Below, in pieces: positions 8,825-20,104 of a stretch of 64,000 nt of DNA. The notes beneath the pieces are model-generated. The model was not told the origin of the DNA and did not search any database. It was given only the letters and a program-made list of their open reading frames with translations. The DNA is taken from positions 5,320-69,319 of the forward strand of contig JAISFD010000022.1 in NCBI GenBank assembly GCA_031263815.1. Reading direction: 5' to 3'. The DNA comes from Coxiellaceae bacterium (GTDB lineage: Bacteria; Pseudomonadota; Gammaproteobacteria; UBA9339). Position numbers and translations under genes: made by a program. Each line of letters opens with the position of its first letter. Within the stretch, counting starts at the first letter, position 1.

Positions 8825-9487
8825 ATGCAATTTACTGTAGTACAAATGATTTCGGTGTGGGTATTACCCATGATTTTTGCTATTACAGTCCATGAGGTAT
8901 CACATGGGTATGTTGCTTACTTACTTGGAGACAAAACCGCGCGGATTTTAGGCAGATTAACCCTAAATCCAATTAAACATATTGATGTTATTGGTACTAC
9001 TATTGTACCCCTTATATTACTATTGTTGGGTGGAGTTATTTTAGGGTGGGCTAAGCCAGTACCGATTAATTCGCATAACTTACGTAAGCCAAGGAGAGAT
9101 TTAGCATTAATTGCTGCTGCGGGCCCATTATCTAATTTTATGATGATGATTATTTGGGCTGGGTTTGCTAAGGTAGCAACGATTCTTCTAGCAAAAGATT
9201 TTCCAGGGGCACTAGCTATGTGTATGATGGGTGTTGCAGGGATTAGTATTAATCTGATGCTTATGGTTTTAAACTTATTACCTATTCCTCAACTTGATGG
9301 GGGACATGTTTTGTCGAGTTTATTGCCTAGATCTATCGCTAACCAATATGATCGCCTAGCTCCTTATGGTTTTTATATTTTGTTAATTTTGTTAGCATTG
9401 GGAGTTATAAATTTTGTCACGCAACCTATCATAAAATTTTTATATAGTTTGGTTATTCTAATATTTAATCTTTCCCTCCCGGTATAA
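8825..9487 (+). CDS. Site-2 (M50) family zinc metalloprotease, membrane
   Basis: HEVSH (HExxH) lies in the first TM region. The protein is polytopic and has LDGG near the C-terminal half. Confidence 0.75.
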   Translation: MQFTVVQMISVWVLPMIFAITVHEVSHGYVAYLLGDKTARILGRLTLNPIKHIDVIGTTIVPLILLLLGGVILGWAKPVPINSHNLRKPRRDLALIAAAGPLSNFMMMIIWAGFAKVATILLAKDFPGALAMCMMGVAGISINLMLMVLNLLPIPQLDGGHVLSSLLPRSIANQYDRLAPYGFYILLILLALGVINFVTQPIIKFLYSLVILIFNLSLPV

Positions 9488-9845
9488 CTTTGAATTGAAT
9501 TTTGTTCGCCTTGACCTCAGTTTCTTCTTTAGAAAAAGTCATGCCTCGACTATTTTCTGCAGCATAAATTGCCGTTACTGCTAATATGGGAATATATATG
9601 TTATGAGTGATCCCAGAAAAACGGGCTTTACAGGTTATAGTTTCATTATTTATAAGGAGTTCTTGAGTAGCTGTTGTTGAAATATTTAAAGTGATACTAT
9701 TGTTTTTGATATATTGTTTGGGCACAGTAACTGTGGGTATAGCAGTATCTACAGTAATGTAAGGGGTATTCCTATTGTCAGTGATCCACTCATAAATAGC
9801 TCTAATCAAATATGGTTTAATAAGTATTAACAATTGTTGTTTCAT
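9465..9845 (-). CDS. sspB: Stringent starvation protein B (ClpXP adaptor)
   Basis: The N-terminus PYLIRAIYEWITDNRNTPYITVD is typical of SspB. It lies directly downstream of sspA. Confidence 0.8.
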   Translation of the reverse strand: MKQQLLILIKPYLIRAIYEWITDNRNTPYITVDTAIPTVTVPKQYIKNNSITLNISTTATQELLINNETITCKARFSGITHNIYIPILAVTAIYAAENSRGMTFSKEETEVKANKIQFKVIPGGKD

Positions 9846-10463
9846 CTAATTTTTTAAATCTTTTTCCAAATCAGATAAACTTTCTTTAAACGAATCCCGA
9901 GCAAAAACGCGTTTCATATATTCTTGAAGTGGTTTAGTTTGTTGAGGTAATTCTATGTTTAAACTTTTTAAACGCCATAACATTGGTGCTAAGCAGCAAT
10001 CAGCTAAAGAGAAATCATCGCTTAGAAAATATGGAGCCTCATGGAATACTGGCGCAATAGTTATTAGTTGATCTCGCAGGTTTTTGCGGGCTTCGTCAGT
10101 TTCAGCTTTTTTAGCTTCTTGAATTGTAGTTACTAAAGTTAGACAGTCATGTTCTATACGATAAATCATTAAGCGGCATTTAGCGCGTGCTACTGGATAT
10201 ACTGGCAATAGAGGAGGGTGAGGGAAGCGTTCATCTAAATATTCAGTAATAATATTGGCCTCATAAAGCACCAAATCGCGGTCTACTAAAGTGGGTAGAG
10301 AGTGATATGGGTTTAAGGTGAGCAAATCTTCAGGAAGATTGTGGTTATCAACATAGATTATATTTACTGCAATCCCTTTTTCTGCCAATACTATTCGAGT
10401 GCGATGACTGGCAATGTTTAGAGGATCCGAATATAAGGTCATAGTTGAATGTTTGAGTATCAT
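9846..10463 (-). CDS. sspA: Stringent starvation protein A (GST-like)
   Basis: MTLYSDP...LNPYHSLPTLVDRDLVLYEANIITEYLDERFPHPPLLPVYPVARA closely parallels E. coli SspA. The true start may be the internal ATG at 10442. Confidence 0.9.
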   Translation of the reverse strand: MILKHSTMTLYSDPLNIASHRTRIVLAEKGIAVNIIYVDNHNLPEDLLTLNPYHSLPTLVDRDLVLYEANIITEYLDERFPHPPLLPVYPVARAKCRLMIYRIEHDCLTLVTTIQEAKKAETDEARKNLRDQLITIAPVFHEAPYFLSDDFSLADCCLAPMLWRLKSLNIELPQQTKPLQEYMKRVFARDSFKESLSDLEKDLKN

Positions 10464-10479
10464 TGTTTTTGCTCCAGTT

Positions 10480-10553
10480 TGGCTGGGGGACTAGGATTTG
10501 AACCTAGATTGACGGAGTCAGAGTCCGCGATCTTGCCATTAGATGATCCCCCA
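10480..10553 (-). tRNA. tRNA-Gln (anticodon CUG), CCA encoded
   Basis: The reverse complement is TGGGGGATCATCTAATGGCAAGATCGCGGACTCTGACTCCGTCAATCTAGGTTCAAATCCTAGTCCCCCAGCCA. The anticodon loop is CTCTGAC. Confidence 0.9.
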
Positions 10554-10593
10554 ACTATAGGGTTTAAGGAGGAATATCATATATAAATAAATC

Positions 10594-11010
10594 TTACCGT
10601 TTCGAATACTGAGTCCCTCGGCGTGCTTTATGACGACCAACTTTTTTACGCTCAACAATCCGTGCATCTCTAGTTAATAAACCTGCCTGACGTAGTGTTT
10701 TGTGTATGACTAAATCCTCATTTTTGTCAGTCTCTTCATAAGCTACAAGTGCACGTGCAATACCTAAGCGAATTGCTCCGGCTTGACTACTATCTCCACC
10801 ACCTTTAACTGATATTTTTATATCAAATTTATCTAATAAGTTGGTAATTACTAATGGATGTCGTACCACCATGCGTGAAGTTTCACGTCCGAAGTATTTT
10901 TCAAGAGTTTTACCATTAACCATAATTTTTCCCTGTCCTGCATCTAAAAAAACCTTTGCGGTAGAAGTCTTACGTCGACCAGTACCGTAGTGAAAATGTT
11001 TTGTTGTCAT
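10594..11010 (-). CDS. rpsI: 30S ribosomal protein S9
   Basis: [14 protein letters not shown]...[10 protein letters not shown] is canonical S9. Confidence 0.97.
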   Translation of the reverse strand: MTTKHFHYGTGRRKTSTAKVFLDAGQGKIMVNGKTLEKYFGRETSRMVVRHPLVITNLLDKFDIKISVKGGGDSSQAGAIRLGIARALVAYEETDKNEDLVIHKTLRQAGLLTRDARIVERKKVGRHKARRGTQYSKR

Positions 11011-11030
11011 TAGTATTGTGCCTTAAGTTA

Positions 11031-11456
11031 TTAGGTTGATATAGTTTTTAAGCATTGAGCTTGGTGTGGATGCTCAATTCCTGCATAAATCTTAAGTTTA
11101 GTTAGCATTTTACGTCCCAAAGGACCTTTTGGTAACATGCCGCTAACAGCATGTTTTATTACTAGTTCTGGGGATTGTAATAGTTGTTTTTCTAAAGAAA
11201 TTTCTTTAATACCCCCTTGGTAGCCAGTGTGATGATAATATTTTTTATCCTTAAGCTTATTGCCGGTAACATGAATTTTTTCAGCATTAATAACAACTAC
11301 GTAATCACCGGTATCAATAGAAGGTGTATATTCTGGTTTATTTTTCCCTGTTAAGTGTTTAGCAATAGCTGTCGCAAGACGCCCCAGAGTTTTATTTTCG
11401 GCATTTAATAAATACCATGCTTTTTTATGATTGATACTTTGGTTAAAGGTTTTCAT
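11031..11456 (-). CDS. rplM: 50S ribosomal protein L13
   Basis: [19 protein letters not shown]...[10 protein letters not shown] is canonical L13, upstream of rpsI. Confidence 0.97.
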   Translation of the reverse strand: MKTFNQSINHKKAWYLLNAENKTLGRLATAIAKHLTGKNKPEYTPSIDTGDYVVVINAEKIHVTGNKLKDKKYYHHTGYQGGIKEISLEKQLLQSPELVIKHAVSGMLPKGPLGRKMLTKLKIYAGIEHPHQAQCLKTIST

Positions 11457-11646
11457 AAATTTTCACGACACATTGTAAATAACGGTTGATTCTACAATAT
11501 GAAATATATAAAAGCAATTGGGGGTAAGTATTTAAAAGCTACCGGCATAGCTGATCCTATAGTGCTAGATAGGTTAATGTTATTGAATAATATTTATTTT
11601 AGTGTTATTAGTTACTTTGTTTTTTAGATTAGCCAAACCAATAAGA

Positions 11647-13635
11647 ATGTCACCCCAATTTAACTTACATGCAAATTTTAAACTTAGTATTACCCAACTT
11701 GAAGCGGTTAAAAAGTTAACTCATGGGTTAGAGCAGGGTTTTAATAAACAAACCCTTCTGGGAGTAACTGGATGTGGTAAGACATTTACCTTGGCTAATG
11801 TAATTGCTAGATTAAAGTGGCCAACCCTTATTATTGCTCATAATAAAACTCTAGCTGCGCAGCTTTATGGGGAGATGCAAGATTTTTTTCCAGAGAATGC
11901 GGTAGAGTATTTTGTTTCGTATTACGACTACTATCAACCTGAAGCATATCTTCCAGCTACTGATACTTATATCGAAAAAGATGCAGCTATTAATGAACGT
12001 ATTGAACAGATGCGTTTAGCTGCTACGAAAGCATTGTTTGAACGTTCTGATACTATTATTGTAGCATCAGTTTCAGCGATTTATGGCTTAGGTGATCCAG
12101 AAGTATACCATGAGATGGTCCTTAAATTGCAGAAGGGTAGTAAGATTGAGCAGACTAGCTTTTTGCGCATGCTTGCAGAATTACAATATACGCGTAATGA
12201 TCTTGAACTTCGTCGAGGCACCTACAGATCTCATGGAGAAACATTAGATATTTTCCCTGCTGAATCGGAAGATATAGCAATCCGTATTGAGTTATTTGAC
12301 GATGTAATTTCAGAGCTCTCTTATTTTGATCCTTTAACTGGGAAAACTATTAGAAAAGTATCAGCTATTAAGATTTTTCCTCAAACTCATTACGTCACTA
12401 AAAGACAAATACTATCGGACGCTGTGGATAAAATTAAAATTGAATTACGTGAACATTTGGCAGTGCTTTATAGTAATAATAAATTAGTTGAAGCCGAGCG
12501 GTTAAAACAACGTACAGAATATGATCTTGAGATGTTACTTGAGCTTGGTTATTGTACTGGAATTGAAAATTATTCTCGCTATTTATCAAGAAGGGAGGCA
12601 GGTGAACCACCGCCGACTTTAATTGATTATTTACCTAAAAACTCTTTGCTTATTATTGATGAGTCACATGCAACTTTGCCCCAGTTGCGTGGGATGTATA
12701 ATGGAGATCAGGCACGTAAAACTACTTTAGTCGGCTATGGTTTTAGATTACCTTCAGCCTTAGATAATCGCCCTTTGAAATTTGAGGAGTTCGAAGTAAT
12801 AGCACCGCCTACTATTTATGTTTCAGCAACACCTGGAGATTATGAAAAAAAACAATCCCAGCAAATAGTTGAATTATTAATTCGTCCTACAGGTTTGCTT
12901 GATCCGAAGGTCGAAATAAAACCAGCAAAAAATCAGGTTGATGAATTATTTTCAGAAATTACTAGACGGATTAAAACTAGGGAAAGAGTGTTAGTAACTA
13001 CCTTGACCAAGAAAATGTCGGAGGACTTAACTGAATATTTGGATGATCATGGCATCAAAGTTAGGTATCTGCATTCGGAAGTTAATACTGTTGAAAGAGT
13101 GGAAATTTTACGTGATCTTAGATTGGGGGTTTTTGATGTTTTAGTAGGGATCAATTTATTGCGGGAAGGTCTAGATTTACCAGAGGTATCTCTCGTTGCT
13201 ATTTTAGATGCGGACAAAGAGGGGTTTTTACGTTCTACTCAATCTTTGATTCAAACGAGTGGTAGAGCAGCGCGTAATGTTAATGGGAAGGTTATTATGT
13301 ATGCTGATGAGATTACCCAATCTATAAAACAAGCATTAGATGAAATGGATCGACGACGTACTATCCAAGAGGAATATAATGTTAAACATAATATAATTCC
13401 TACCAGTATTGTTAAAGCTATTCGTGATATTATGGCAAACGCTCATATTGAGCAGCAAAAGGATAAACAGGTTTCTCAAGCGGTAGCACGTTATTTAACT
13501 GATAAACCAGATAAATTAGCCCATCGCATTAAAGAACTCGAAAAAAAGATGTATCAATATGCACGGGATTTAGAGTTTGAAAAAGCCGCCAAAATTAGAG
13601 ATGAGATACATTATATTTATAGTTTATTTGATTAA
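11647..13635 (+). CDS. uvrB: Excinuclease ABC subunit B
   Basis: Walker [14 protein letters not shown] box ([11 protein letters not shown]), and a C-terminal UVR motif ([11 protein letters not shown]). I prefer the ATG at 11647 over the upstream alternative start in the ORF track. Confidence 0.95.
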   Translation: MSPQFNLHANFKLSITQLEAVKKLTHGLEQGFNKQTLLGVTGCGKTFTLANVIARLKWPTLIIAHNKTLAAQLYGEMQDFFPENAVEYFVSYYDYYQPEAYLPATDTYIEKDAAINERIEQMRLAATKALFERSDTIIVASVSAIYGLGDPEVYHEMVLKLQKGSKIEQTSFLRMLAELQYTRNDLELRRGTYRSHGETLDIFPAESEDIAIRIELFDDVISELSYFDPLTGKTIRKVSAIKIFPQTHYVTKRQILSDAVDKIKIELREHLAVLYSNNKLVEAERLKQRTEYDLEMLLELGYCTGIENYSRYLSRREAGEPPPTLIDYLPKNSLLIIDESHATLPQLRGMYNGDQARKTTLVGYGFRLPSALDNRPLKFEEFEVIAPPTIYVSATPGDYEKKQSQQIVELLIRPTGLLDPKVEIKPAKNQVDELFSEITRRIKTRERVLVTTLTKKMSEDLTEYLDDHGIKVRYLHSEVNTVERVEILRDLRLGVFDVLVGINLLREGLDLPEVSLVAILDADKEGFLRSTQSLIQTSGRAARNVNGKVIMYADEITQSIKQALDEMDRRRTIQEEYNVKHNIIPTSIVKAIRDIMANAHIEQQKDKQVSQAVARYLTDKPDKLAHRIKELEKKMYQYARDLEFEKAAKIRDEIHYIYSLFD

Positions 13636-13667
13636 TTTCATAATTAAAAATAGGGCGGAAGGATTTT

Positions 13668-15053
13668 ATGCTTAATTTTTTTGTTGCTAAGACTTCTGGT
13701 AAGACAATTCCTATTGTTCCAATTTGTGAAGATAATTTTGAGCGGTGGTATGAAACACAATCAGATAGGGTTAAAAATATAATTTTAGCTAATAGATTTT
13801 TAGCTAAAGCTGGTTCTTTTTGTTTCATTCTGGATCTAAATGGTTATTTAGAGAAAGTATTACTTGGTTTAAATAACCATGATGATTTTTATTCATTTGG
13901 GGTATTACCTAAAATACTGCCTAAAGAGGTATATGAGATTGTTGCATCAGATTTTTCTTTGGAGCAGTTAGAACATGCGGCTATTGGTTGGGGAATGGGT
14001 AATTATCAATTCAAACACTATAAAAAAGCGCCGGATTATGTGGCTAAATTATTCTACCCTAAAAATATTAATATCTCTCAAGTGACTGATATTTTAACTT
14101 CTATTTTTTTAATTCGAGACTTGATTAATACTCCGGCAGGTGACTTGGATCCTGAAAAATTAGCTGAAGCAGCGATTAATATAGCTTATGAATTTGATGC
14201 AAAGATAAAATTAATTAAAGGAAAAGAATTAGCGGCTAATTTTCCAGCTATTTATGCAGTGGGGCGTGCTAGCAAAAAAGAACCGATTTTGATCGATTTA
14301 CATTATGGTGCAGCAGATGCACCTAAAATTATTTTAGTGGGGAAAGGAGTATGTTTTGATGGCGGTGGATTACAGATGAAGACATCTGCGGGAATGAATT
14401 TAATGAAAAAAGATATGGCTGGGGCAGCTCATGCTTTAGGTTTGGCACGTTTAGTTATGGCTGCACAATTGCCAATTAATTTGCGGGTAATCATTCCAGC
14501 AGTAGAGAATCTAATTTCGGGAGATGTATTAAAACCTGGAGATATTATTAAAACGCGAAAAGGTCTAAGTCTTGAAGTTGCTAATACCGATGCAGAGGGG
14601 AGATTAATTTTAGCTGATGCCTTAGCCTATGCTTCAGAGTGGCAACCAAAATTGATTTTAGATTTTGCCACCTTAACTATGGCAGCTAGAGTAGCTTTGG
14701 GATCAGATATTACTGCTTTATTTGCTAATGATGATAAACTGGCAGAAGATATAATTGATAATATGTCTGGTGAGCAGGAGCCGGTTTGGCGTATGCCTAT
14801 TTATACACCATATCTAGAATTTCTTAAGAGCGAGATGGCGGATTTTAAAAATGTGGTGACGGTAGATTATATTAATGGTGGAGCTATTATTGCCGCTCTT
14901 GTTTTACAACAATTTATTGATCCCAATATTCAGTGGGCACATTTTGATATGAATGCTTATAATACTGTTAGTAGGGCTGCAAGACCAGAAGGTGGTGAGG
15001 CTGTGTGTTTACGAGGGTTGTTTAAATATCTTGATTGCTTCAGGCAGATTTGA
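13668..15053 (+). CDS. M17 leucyl aminopeptidase family protein
   Basis: NTDAEGRL signature (VANTDAEGRLILADAL) and the GKGVCFDGGG metal-site region. Confidence 0.85.
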   Translation: MLNFFVAKTSGKTIPIVPICEDNFERWYETQSDRVKNIILANRFLAKAGSFCFILDLNGYLEKVLLGLNNHDDFYSFGVLPKILPKEVYEIVASDFSLEQLEHAAIGWGMGNYQFKHYKKAPDYVAKLFYPKNINISQVTDILTSIFLIRDLINTPAGDLDPEKLAEAAINIAYEFDAKIKLIKGKELAANFPAIYAVGRASKKEPILIDLHYGAADAPKIILVGKGVCFDGGGLQMKTSAGMNLMKKDMAGAAHALGLARLVMAAQLPINLRVIIPAVENLISGDVLKPGDIIKTRKGLSLEVANTDAEGRLILADALAYASEWQPKLILDFATLTMAARVALGSDITALFANDDKLAEDIIDNMSGEQEPVWRMPIYTPYLEFLKSEMADFKNVVTVDYINGGAIIAALVLQQFIDPNIQWAHFDMNAYNTVSRAARPEGGEAVCLRGLFKYLDCFRQI

Positions 15054-15089
15054 ATAGCGAATATATTAGGAATATATGAAAGGGGTAAA

Positions 15090-16412
15090 ATGATGAAAGT
15101 TAGTGTTTTTGGTACAGGTTATGTTGGTTTAGTGACTGGGATAGGTTTGGCTGAAGTTGGGCATAATGTAGTATGTGTTGATACTAATGCTGATAAGATT
15201 AATCAGCTGAAACGAGGTGAATCCCCAATTTATGAGCCTGGTTTAGATGATTTGTTAGCGAAAAATATTGCTGCTAAAAAAATAACATTTATCACAGATG
15301 CTATTATTGGTATTGAGCATGGAGATTATCTATTTATTGCAGTTGGTACTCCTTCCGCGCATGATGGTTCGGCTGATTTGCAATATGTATTTGCTGTAGC
15401 GAGGTCCATTGGGCGAAATTTAAGCCATGATGCTATTGTGATTAATAAATCTACAGTTCCTGTAGGTACTGGCGATAAAGTAAGAGCTCTCATCCAGAGA
15501 GAATTATTGAAGCGCAAGATTCATGTTAAATTTGACATAGTTTCTAATCCGGAATTTTTAAAGCAAGGAGATGCCATCAATGATTTTATGCGGTCTGATC
15601 GGATTATTATTGGTTCAGAAAATGACGAGGTGCTTAAACAGATGTGTACTTTATATGAACCATTGTCAACAAAGATAGTCTCTATGGATGTACATTCGGC
15701 GGAATTAGCTAAGTATGCTGCTAATGCTTTTTTAGCTACTAAAATTAGTTTTATTAATGAGATCGCACAATTTGCCGAAAAATTTGGAGCTGACGTTGAA
15801 AAAGTCAGATTAGGGATTGGTAGTGATTCTCGAATTGGCTATAATTTTTTGTATGCTGGTTGTGGTTATGGTGGTTCTTGTTTTCCCAAAGATGTTAGTG
15901 CTTTGGTATGGATGGCGCGGGAATATGGAATTGAATCTCCTCTTTTTAATGCAGTGGAAAACATAAATTTACGGCAAAAGCACTTGATATTTAATCGTCT
16001 TAAAAAGTATTTTGGCAGCTTAGATGGCAAAGTGATTGCTTTATGGGGTCTAGCATTTAAACCTAATACTGATGATATGCGGGAAGCGCCGAGTAGAGTT
16101 TTACTCGAATCTCTATGGAGAGTGGGAGCTAAAGTACAAGCATATGATCCTGTAGCCCAAGCTACTGCAGAAAAAATTTATGGAAAACGTCCTGATCTAA
16201 AATTGTGTAACACCCGAGATGAGACACTGGATAATGCTGATGTATTAGTAATTATCACAGAATGGAACGAATTTCGTGAACCTGATTTTAAGGCTATTAA
16301 GGATAAATTACGTCGCCATGTTATTTTTGATGGGCGTAATCTATTTGATCCTCAAGATATTCATAAGCTGAGTATAGAATATTACTGCATTGGTCGGAAG
16401 AAATCTAGGTAG
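15090..16412 (+). CDS. ugd: UDP-glucose 6-dehydrogenase
   Basis: N-terminal Rossmann motif VFGTGYVGLVTG and the catalytic region GGSCFPKD. Confidence 0.9.
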   Translation: MMKVSVFGTGYVGLVTGIGLAEVGHNVVCVDTNADKINQLKRGESPIYEPGLDDLLAKNIAAKKITFITDAIIGIEHGDYLFIAVGTPSAHDGSADLQYVFAVARSIGRNLSHDAIVINKSTVPVGTGDKVRALIQRELLKRKIHVKFDIVSNPEFLKQGDAINDFMRSDRIIIGSENDEVLKQMCTLYEPLSTKIVSMDVHSAELAKYAANAFLATKISFINEIAQFAEKFGADVEKVRLGIGSDSRIGYNFLYAGCGYGGSCFPKDVSALVWMAREYGIESPLFNAVENINLRQKHLIFNRLKKYFGSLDGKVIALWGLAFKPNTDDMREAPSRVLLESLWRVGAKVQAYDPVAQATAEKIYGKRPDLKLCNTRDETLDNADVLVIITEWNEFREPDFKAIKDKLRRHVIFDGRNLFDPQDIHKLSIEYYCIGRKKSR

Positions 16413-16418
16413 ATATAT

Positions 16419-17144
16419 ATGCGGGTAAATTTTTTTCAAAAGTTAATGCTTATTATTAAAATATCATTGATTACTTTCGAATATTCAGTACGTGTAGTAT
16501 CAGCTGCCTTTTTTTTAAAAGGTGATCGTATTCATGCTTATAGGATAGTGCTTGAGTGGGCGAGGAAAATTTTACAATTGTTGAAAGTAAAATATAAAGT
16601 CTTTGGCCTCCAAGGATTTGAATTTTATCCCACGAGGACTTATATTGTTATGAGCAACCATGCTAGCCATTTTGATATTCCATTGATATATGCTACTTTT
16701 CCTAACGAGAGTATTGGCATGATTGCGAAGAAAGAGTTATTTAGATATCCCGTATTTGGTCGGGGCATGAGAATTGCTGGATGTATTTCTATTGATCGAG
16801 AGAATAAGCATCAAGCGATGAAGGATTTAACTGCAGCGAAGCAAAGTATGTTAAATGGAGTACGCTTCTGGATTGCGCCAGAGGGCACTCGTTCCCGTAC
16901 TGGTAAAATGGGACCCTTTAAAAAGGGGGGATTTAAAATAGCTATGGATACTAAGGCTATTATTTTGCCAGTTACGATAGTTGGTGGTAATAAAATTTTA
17001 CCAGCAAAAACTTACGACTTTAGTATAAACGAAGAGGTCCAAATACATATTGGTAAACCGATTGATACTGTGAATTATCAATTTCAGGATTTACCAAAAT
17101 TGATGATAGATACTGAAAAAGAGATAAAAGCGAATTTGCATTAG
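16419..17144 (+). CDS. plsC: 1-acyl-sn-glycerol-3-phosphate acyltransferase
   Basis: HxxxxD acyltransferase motif NHASHFD and the PEGTRS motif. Confidence 0.8.
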   Translation: MRVNFFQKLMLIIKISLITFEYSVRVVSAAFFLKGDRIHAYRIVLEWARKILQLLKVKYKVFGLQGFEFYPTRTYIVMSNHASHFDIPLIYATFPNESIGMIAKKELFRYPVFGRGMRIAGCISIDRENKHQAMKDLTAAKQSMLNGVRFWIAPEGTRSRTGKMGPFKKGGFKIAMDTKAIILPVTIVGGNKILPAKTYDFSINEEVQIHIGKPIDTVNYQFQDLPKLMIDTEKEIKANLH

Positions 17145-17215
17145 TTGTGGTCGTGAAAAGCCATAGAGTTACATAATATAATTAATTTTTAATTCTAAGA
17201 ATTAGGAGTTGAAAC

Positions 17216-19099
17216 ATGACTGAAAATAATAAAACTGAAACTTTAGGGTTTCAAACTGAAGTTAAACAATTATTACAATTAGTTACGCATTCATTGTATA
17301 GTAATCGAGAAGTATTTTTACGTGAATTAATCTCGAATGCTTCTGATGCTGCAGATAAACTCCGTTTTGAGGCTTTGACTAACCCTAGTTTTTATGAAAA
17401 CGATCCAGATTTAAAAATTTATATTGACTTTGATCCTAAAGAAAAAACTATTACGGTACGTGATAATGGCATAGGTATGAATCGTAATGAAGTAATAGCT
17501 AATTTAGGAACAATTGCTAAATCTGGCACTAAAGAATTTTTAGCTGCTCTTACTGAAACACAAACTAAAGATAGTCATTTAATTGGTCAGTTTGGCGTTG
17601 GATTTTACTCTAGTTTTGTTGTAGCAGATAAAGTTATAGTTAAAACGCGTCGGACGGGACTTACCAAAGAAGCAGGGGTATTGTGGGAATCAAAAGGGGA
17701 AGGGGAGTTTATAGTTACGGATATTGTAAAAGAAGCACGGGGTACGGAAATTATTTTATATCTAAAACCAGATGATGTAGATCTTTTAGATTACTGGCGC
17801 CTACGTCAGATAATTGTGAAGTATTCTGATCATATTGTTTTACCTATATTGATGAAAAAGCCTTTGGCGGAAAAAGAAAAGGTGGCCCAAGAGGAAGTTG
17901 TGAATAAGGCTACTGCACTTTGGGTATTACCCAAGAAAGATATTAAGGATGATGATTATAAGGCGTTGTACAAGCATATTAGCCATGATTTTGAGGATCC
18001 TTTAATTTGGGGTCACAATAGGGTTGAAGGAAAATTGGAATATATAACTCTTCTTTATATTCCTGCTCATACACCTTTTGATTTTTGGACCCGAGAGAAA
18101 AAACGTGGTTTAAAGCTTTATGTTCAGAGAGTATTTATTATGGATGATGCTGAACAATTACTACCTAATTATTTACGTTTTGTTCAAGGGATAGTAGATG
18201 CTAGAGATCTTCCTTTGAATGTCTCGAGAGAGATTTTACAAAATAACCGTATGATAGAACAAATTCGCTCAGGGATTATTAAGCGAATATTAGATATGTT
18301 AGAAAAATTAGCTACTAGCGAGCCGGAAAAATATGCCAAGTTTTGGCAAGCTTTTGGTAGTGCATTAAAAGAAGGAATGGTAGAGGATTTTACCCATAAA
18401 GGACAGATTGCCAAACTTTTGAGATTTGCATCTACCAAAAATGATGATGGAGAACAAAATGTCACTCTAGATGAGTATGTTGCACGCATGCTTAAAGATC
18501 AAGACAAGATTTATTATATTACTGCTGAAAAGTCTAGTGTTGCTAAAAGTAGCCCTTATTTAGAGGTTTTTCGTAAAAATGATATTGAAGTATTACTCCT
18601 TGATGATCGGATCGATGAGTGGTGGTTAACACATTACCAAGAACACAATGGTAAAAAATTCCAGGCAATTATTAAAGGGGATGTTGATATCAGTAAGCTG
18701 ACTAAAAATCGGGTTGAAGTGGACACTAAACAGCTGAAAACTGAGTATGAAGAGGTTCTAAAGAAAATGCAAACAGTGTTAAACGATCGAGTTACGGCAG
18801 TGCGCTTGAGTGAACGACTTACTGATTCTCCGGTATGTATTGTAACTACTGCTGATGATCTTAGCTTTAATATGCAAAGGATTATGTCTGCGTTTGGGCA
18901 GAACGTGCCAAAAACTAAGCCGATTTTAGAGTTGAATCCTAAGCATAAATTAATTCAGAATTTACGCGAAATATCTGATGAAAAATTGTTTGCTGAATGG
19001 ACTAATTTATTTTATGAACAGGCACTACTAATTGCCGGGGGTAAATTGGATGATGTAGCAGCGTTTACTAATCGTATGAATCATCTATTTTTGAACTAA
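17216..19099 (+). CDS. htpG: Molecular chaperone HtpG (Hsp90)
   Basis: FQTEVKQLLQLVTHSLYSNREVFLRELISNASDA and GQFGVGFYS are Hsp90 signatures. Confidence 0.97.
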   Translation: MTENNKTETLGFQTEVKQLLQLVTHSLYSNREVFLRELISNASDAADKLRFEALTNPSFYENDPDLKIYIDFDPKEKTITVRDNGIGMNRNEVIANLGTIAKSGTKEFLAALTETQTKDSHLIGQFGVGFYSSFVVADKVIVKTRRTGLTKEAGVLWESKGEGEFIVTDIVKEARGTEIILYLKPDDVDLLDYWRLRQIIVKYSDHIVLPILMKKPLAEKEKVAQEEVVNKATALWVLPKKDIKDDDYKALYKHISHDFEDPLIWGHNRVEGKLEYITLLYIPAHTPFDFWTREKKRGLKLYVQRVFIMDDAEQLLPNYLRFVQGIVDARDLPLNVSREILQNNRMIEQIRSGIIKRILDMLEKLATSEPEKYAKFWQAFGSALKEGMVEDFTHKGQIAKLLRFASTKNDDGEQNVTLDEYVARMLKDQDKIYYITAEKSSVAKSSPYLEVFRKNDIEVLLLDDRIDEWWLTHYQEHNGKKFQAIIKGDVDISKLTKNRVEVDTKQLKTEYEEVLKKMQTVLNDRVTAVRLSERLTDSPVCIVTTADDLSFNMQRIMSAFGQNVPKTKPILELNPKHKLIQNLREISDEKLFAEWTNLFYEQALLIAGGKLDDVAAFTNRMNHLFLN

Positions 19100-19223
19100 A
19101 TTTTAGAGAGCAAATAATCGAAAACTTTAAATATTTTCTTGTGAAAAAAACTAGAATATTCTATAAATTGTGGTATTGTTAGCAAGTAATATTTTTTATT
19201 ATTCATTAACGAAGGGGAGAGTT

Positions 19224-19613
19224 ATGTCAAAAAAGATTAAAAAAGGTAAACAAGCGGTAAAGAAAGTTGTAAAAAATAAAAAATGTGTATGTCCAGTCAA
19301 AGTTAGTAAGCCATTTAATAAATCAAAAATTACTGGTGCTATTGCGGATATGACTTGTTTAAGCAAAAAAGATGCTAACTTAATGCTAGATACCTTATTT
19401 GAGATTATAGCCTCACATCTTAAAAGACGTAGCGGCGTTGGGGAATTTACTCTACCTGGTATTGCTAAATTTAAAGTAGTTAATAAACCAGCAACTAAAG
19501 CTTGCCAAGGCATTAATCCTTTTACTGGTGAGTCCATGATGTTTGCTGCAAAGCCTGCTCGTAATATAATTAAAGTACGGGCGCTAAAAAAGATAAAAGA
19601 TATAGCTAAGTAA
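19224..19613 (+). CDS. HU/IHF-fold DNA-binding protein with a lysine-rich N-terminal tail
   Basis: HU-fold core (LSKKDANLMLDTLFEIIASHL...GINPFTGESMMFAAKPARNIIKVRALK) preceded by ~30 aa of MSKKIKKGKQAVKKVVKNKK. The SD-like GGGGAG sits 5 nt upstream of ATG 19224. Confidence 0.75.
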   Translation: MSKKIKKGKQAVKKVVKNKKCVCPVKVSKPFNKSKITGAIADMTCLSKKDANLMLDTLFEIIASHLKRRSGVGEFTLPGIAKFKVVNKPATKACQGINPFTGESMMFAAKPARNIIKVRALKKIKDIAK

Positions 19614-19646
19614 AGTAATTGACTTCATTTTTTAGTTAGATTTAAC

Positions 19647-19678
19647 AAAAGCCTATAGTTGATAGGCTTTTGTTTTTT
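19647..19678 (+). terminator. Rho-independent terminator
   Basis: Perfect 10-bp stem aaaagcctat / ataggctttt with a 5-nt loop, followed by gtttttt. Confidence 0.8.
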
Positions 19679-19741
19679 ATAGGTGAATTGTAGAACATTT
19701 TATATCAACTTATCGAGCTATATGTTATACTGAAAATATAG

Positions 19742-20097
19742 GGGGGCGACCGGTTTCGACGTAGATTGCGAAGCTCTAGGTGCATGCCGAGGATGTAGCC
19801 TTACTCGTAAAATATGACTATAAACGAAATAAACGCCAATGATGAAGAAGCGTTAGCAGTTGCCTAAAACCAACTGATCCGTGTTCAAGATGTACTTATG
19901 CGTCTTGTTTTACGGTCATTTACATAAGTCTATATTTATGGTGTGTTTGATACCATAACTATTAGTAATAAATCAAACTAGTTTGTTGTTATTCTTGTTC
20001 GTCAGTGAACAACTTACGAAATTGAAGATGAACTATGCATGTAGTACCAAAAGTAGAGAATTTGCGGACGCGGGTTCAATTCCCGCCGCCTCCACCA
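19742..20097 (+). ncRNA. ssrA: tmRNA (SsrA)
   Basis: The 5-prime GGGGGCG pairs with the 3-prime CGCCTCC-A-CCA (G3:U70), and the T-arm is GGGTTCAATTCCC. The tag reading frame at 19835-19867 (GCC AAT GAT GAA GAA GCG TTA GCA GTT GCC TAA) encodes ANDEEALAVA. Confidence 0.9.
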
Positions 20098-20104
20098 AAA
20101 TAAT

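Noticed and set aside
11602-11646. N-terminal extensions from upstream alternative start codons in the ORF track: uvrB 11602, tlc 25490, rpsB 61172, HU-like 19170, ftsB 35609 and thiN 45516.
   Set aside because: The extensions lack homology to the respective families. Internal ATG codons, some with visible SD-like purine tracts, match the usual N-termini.
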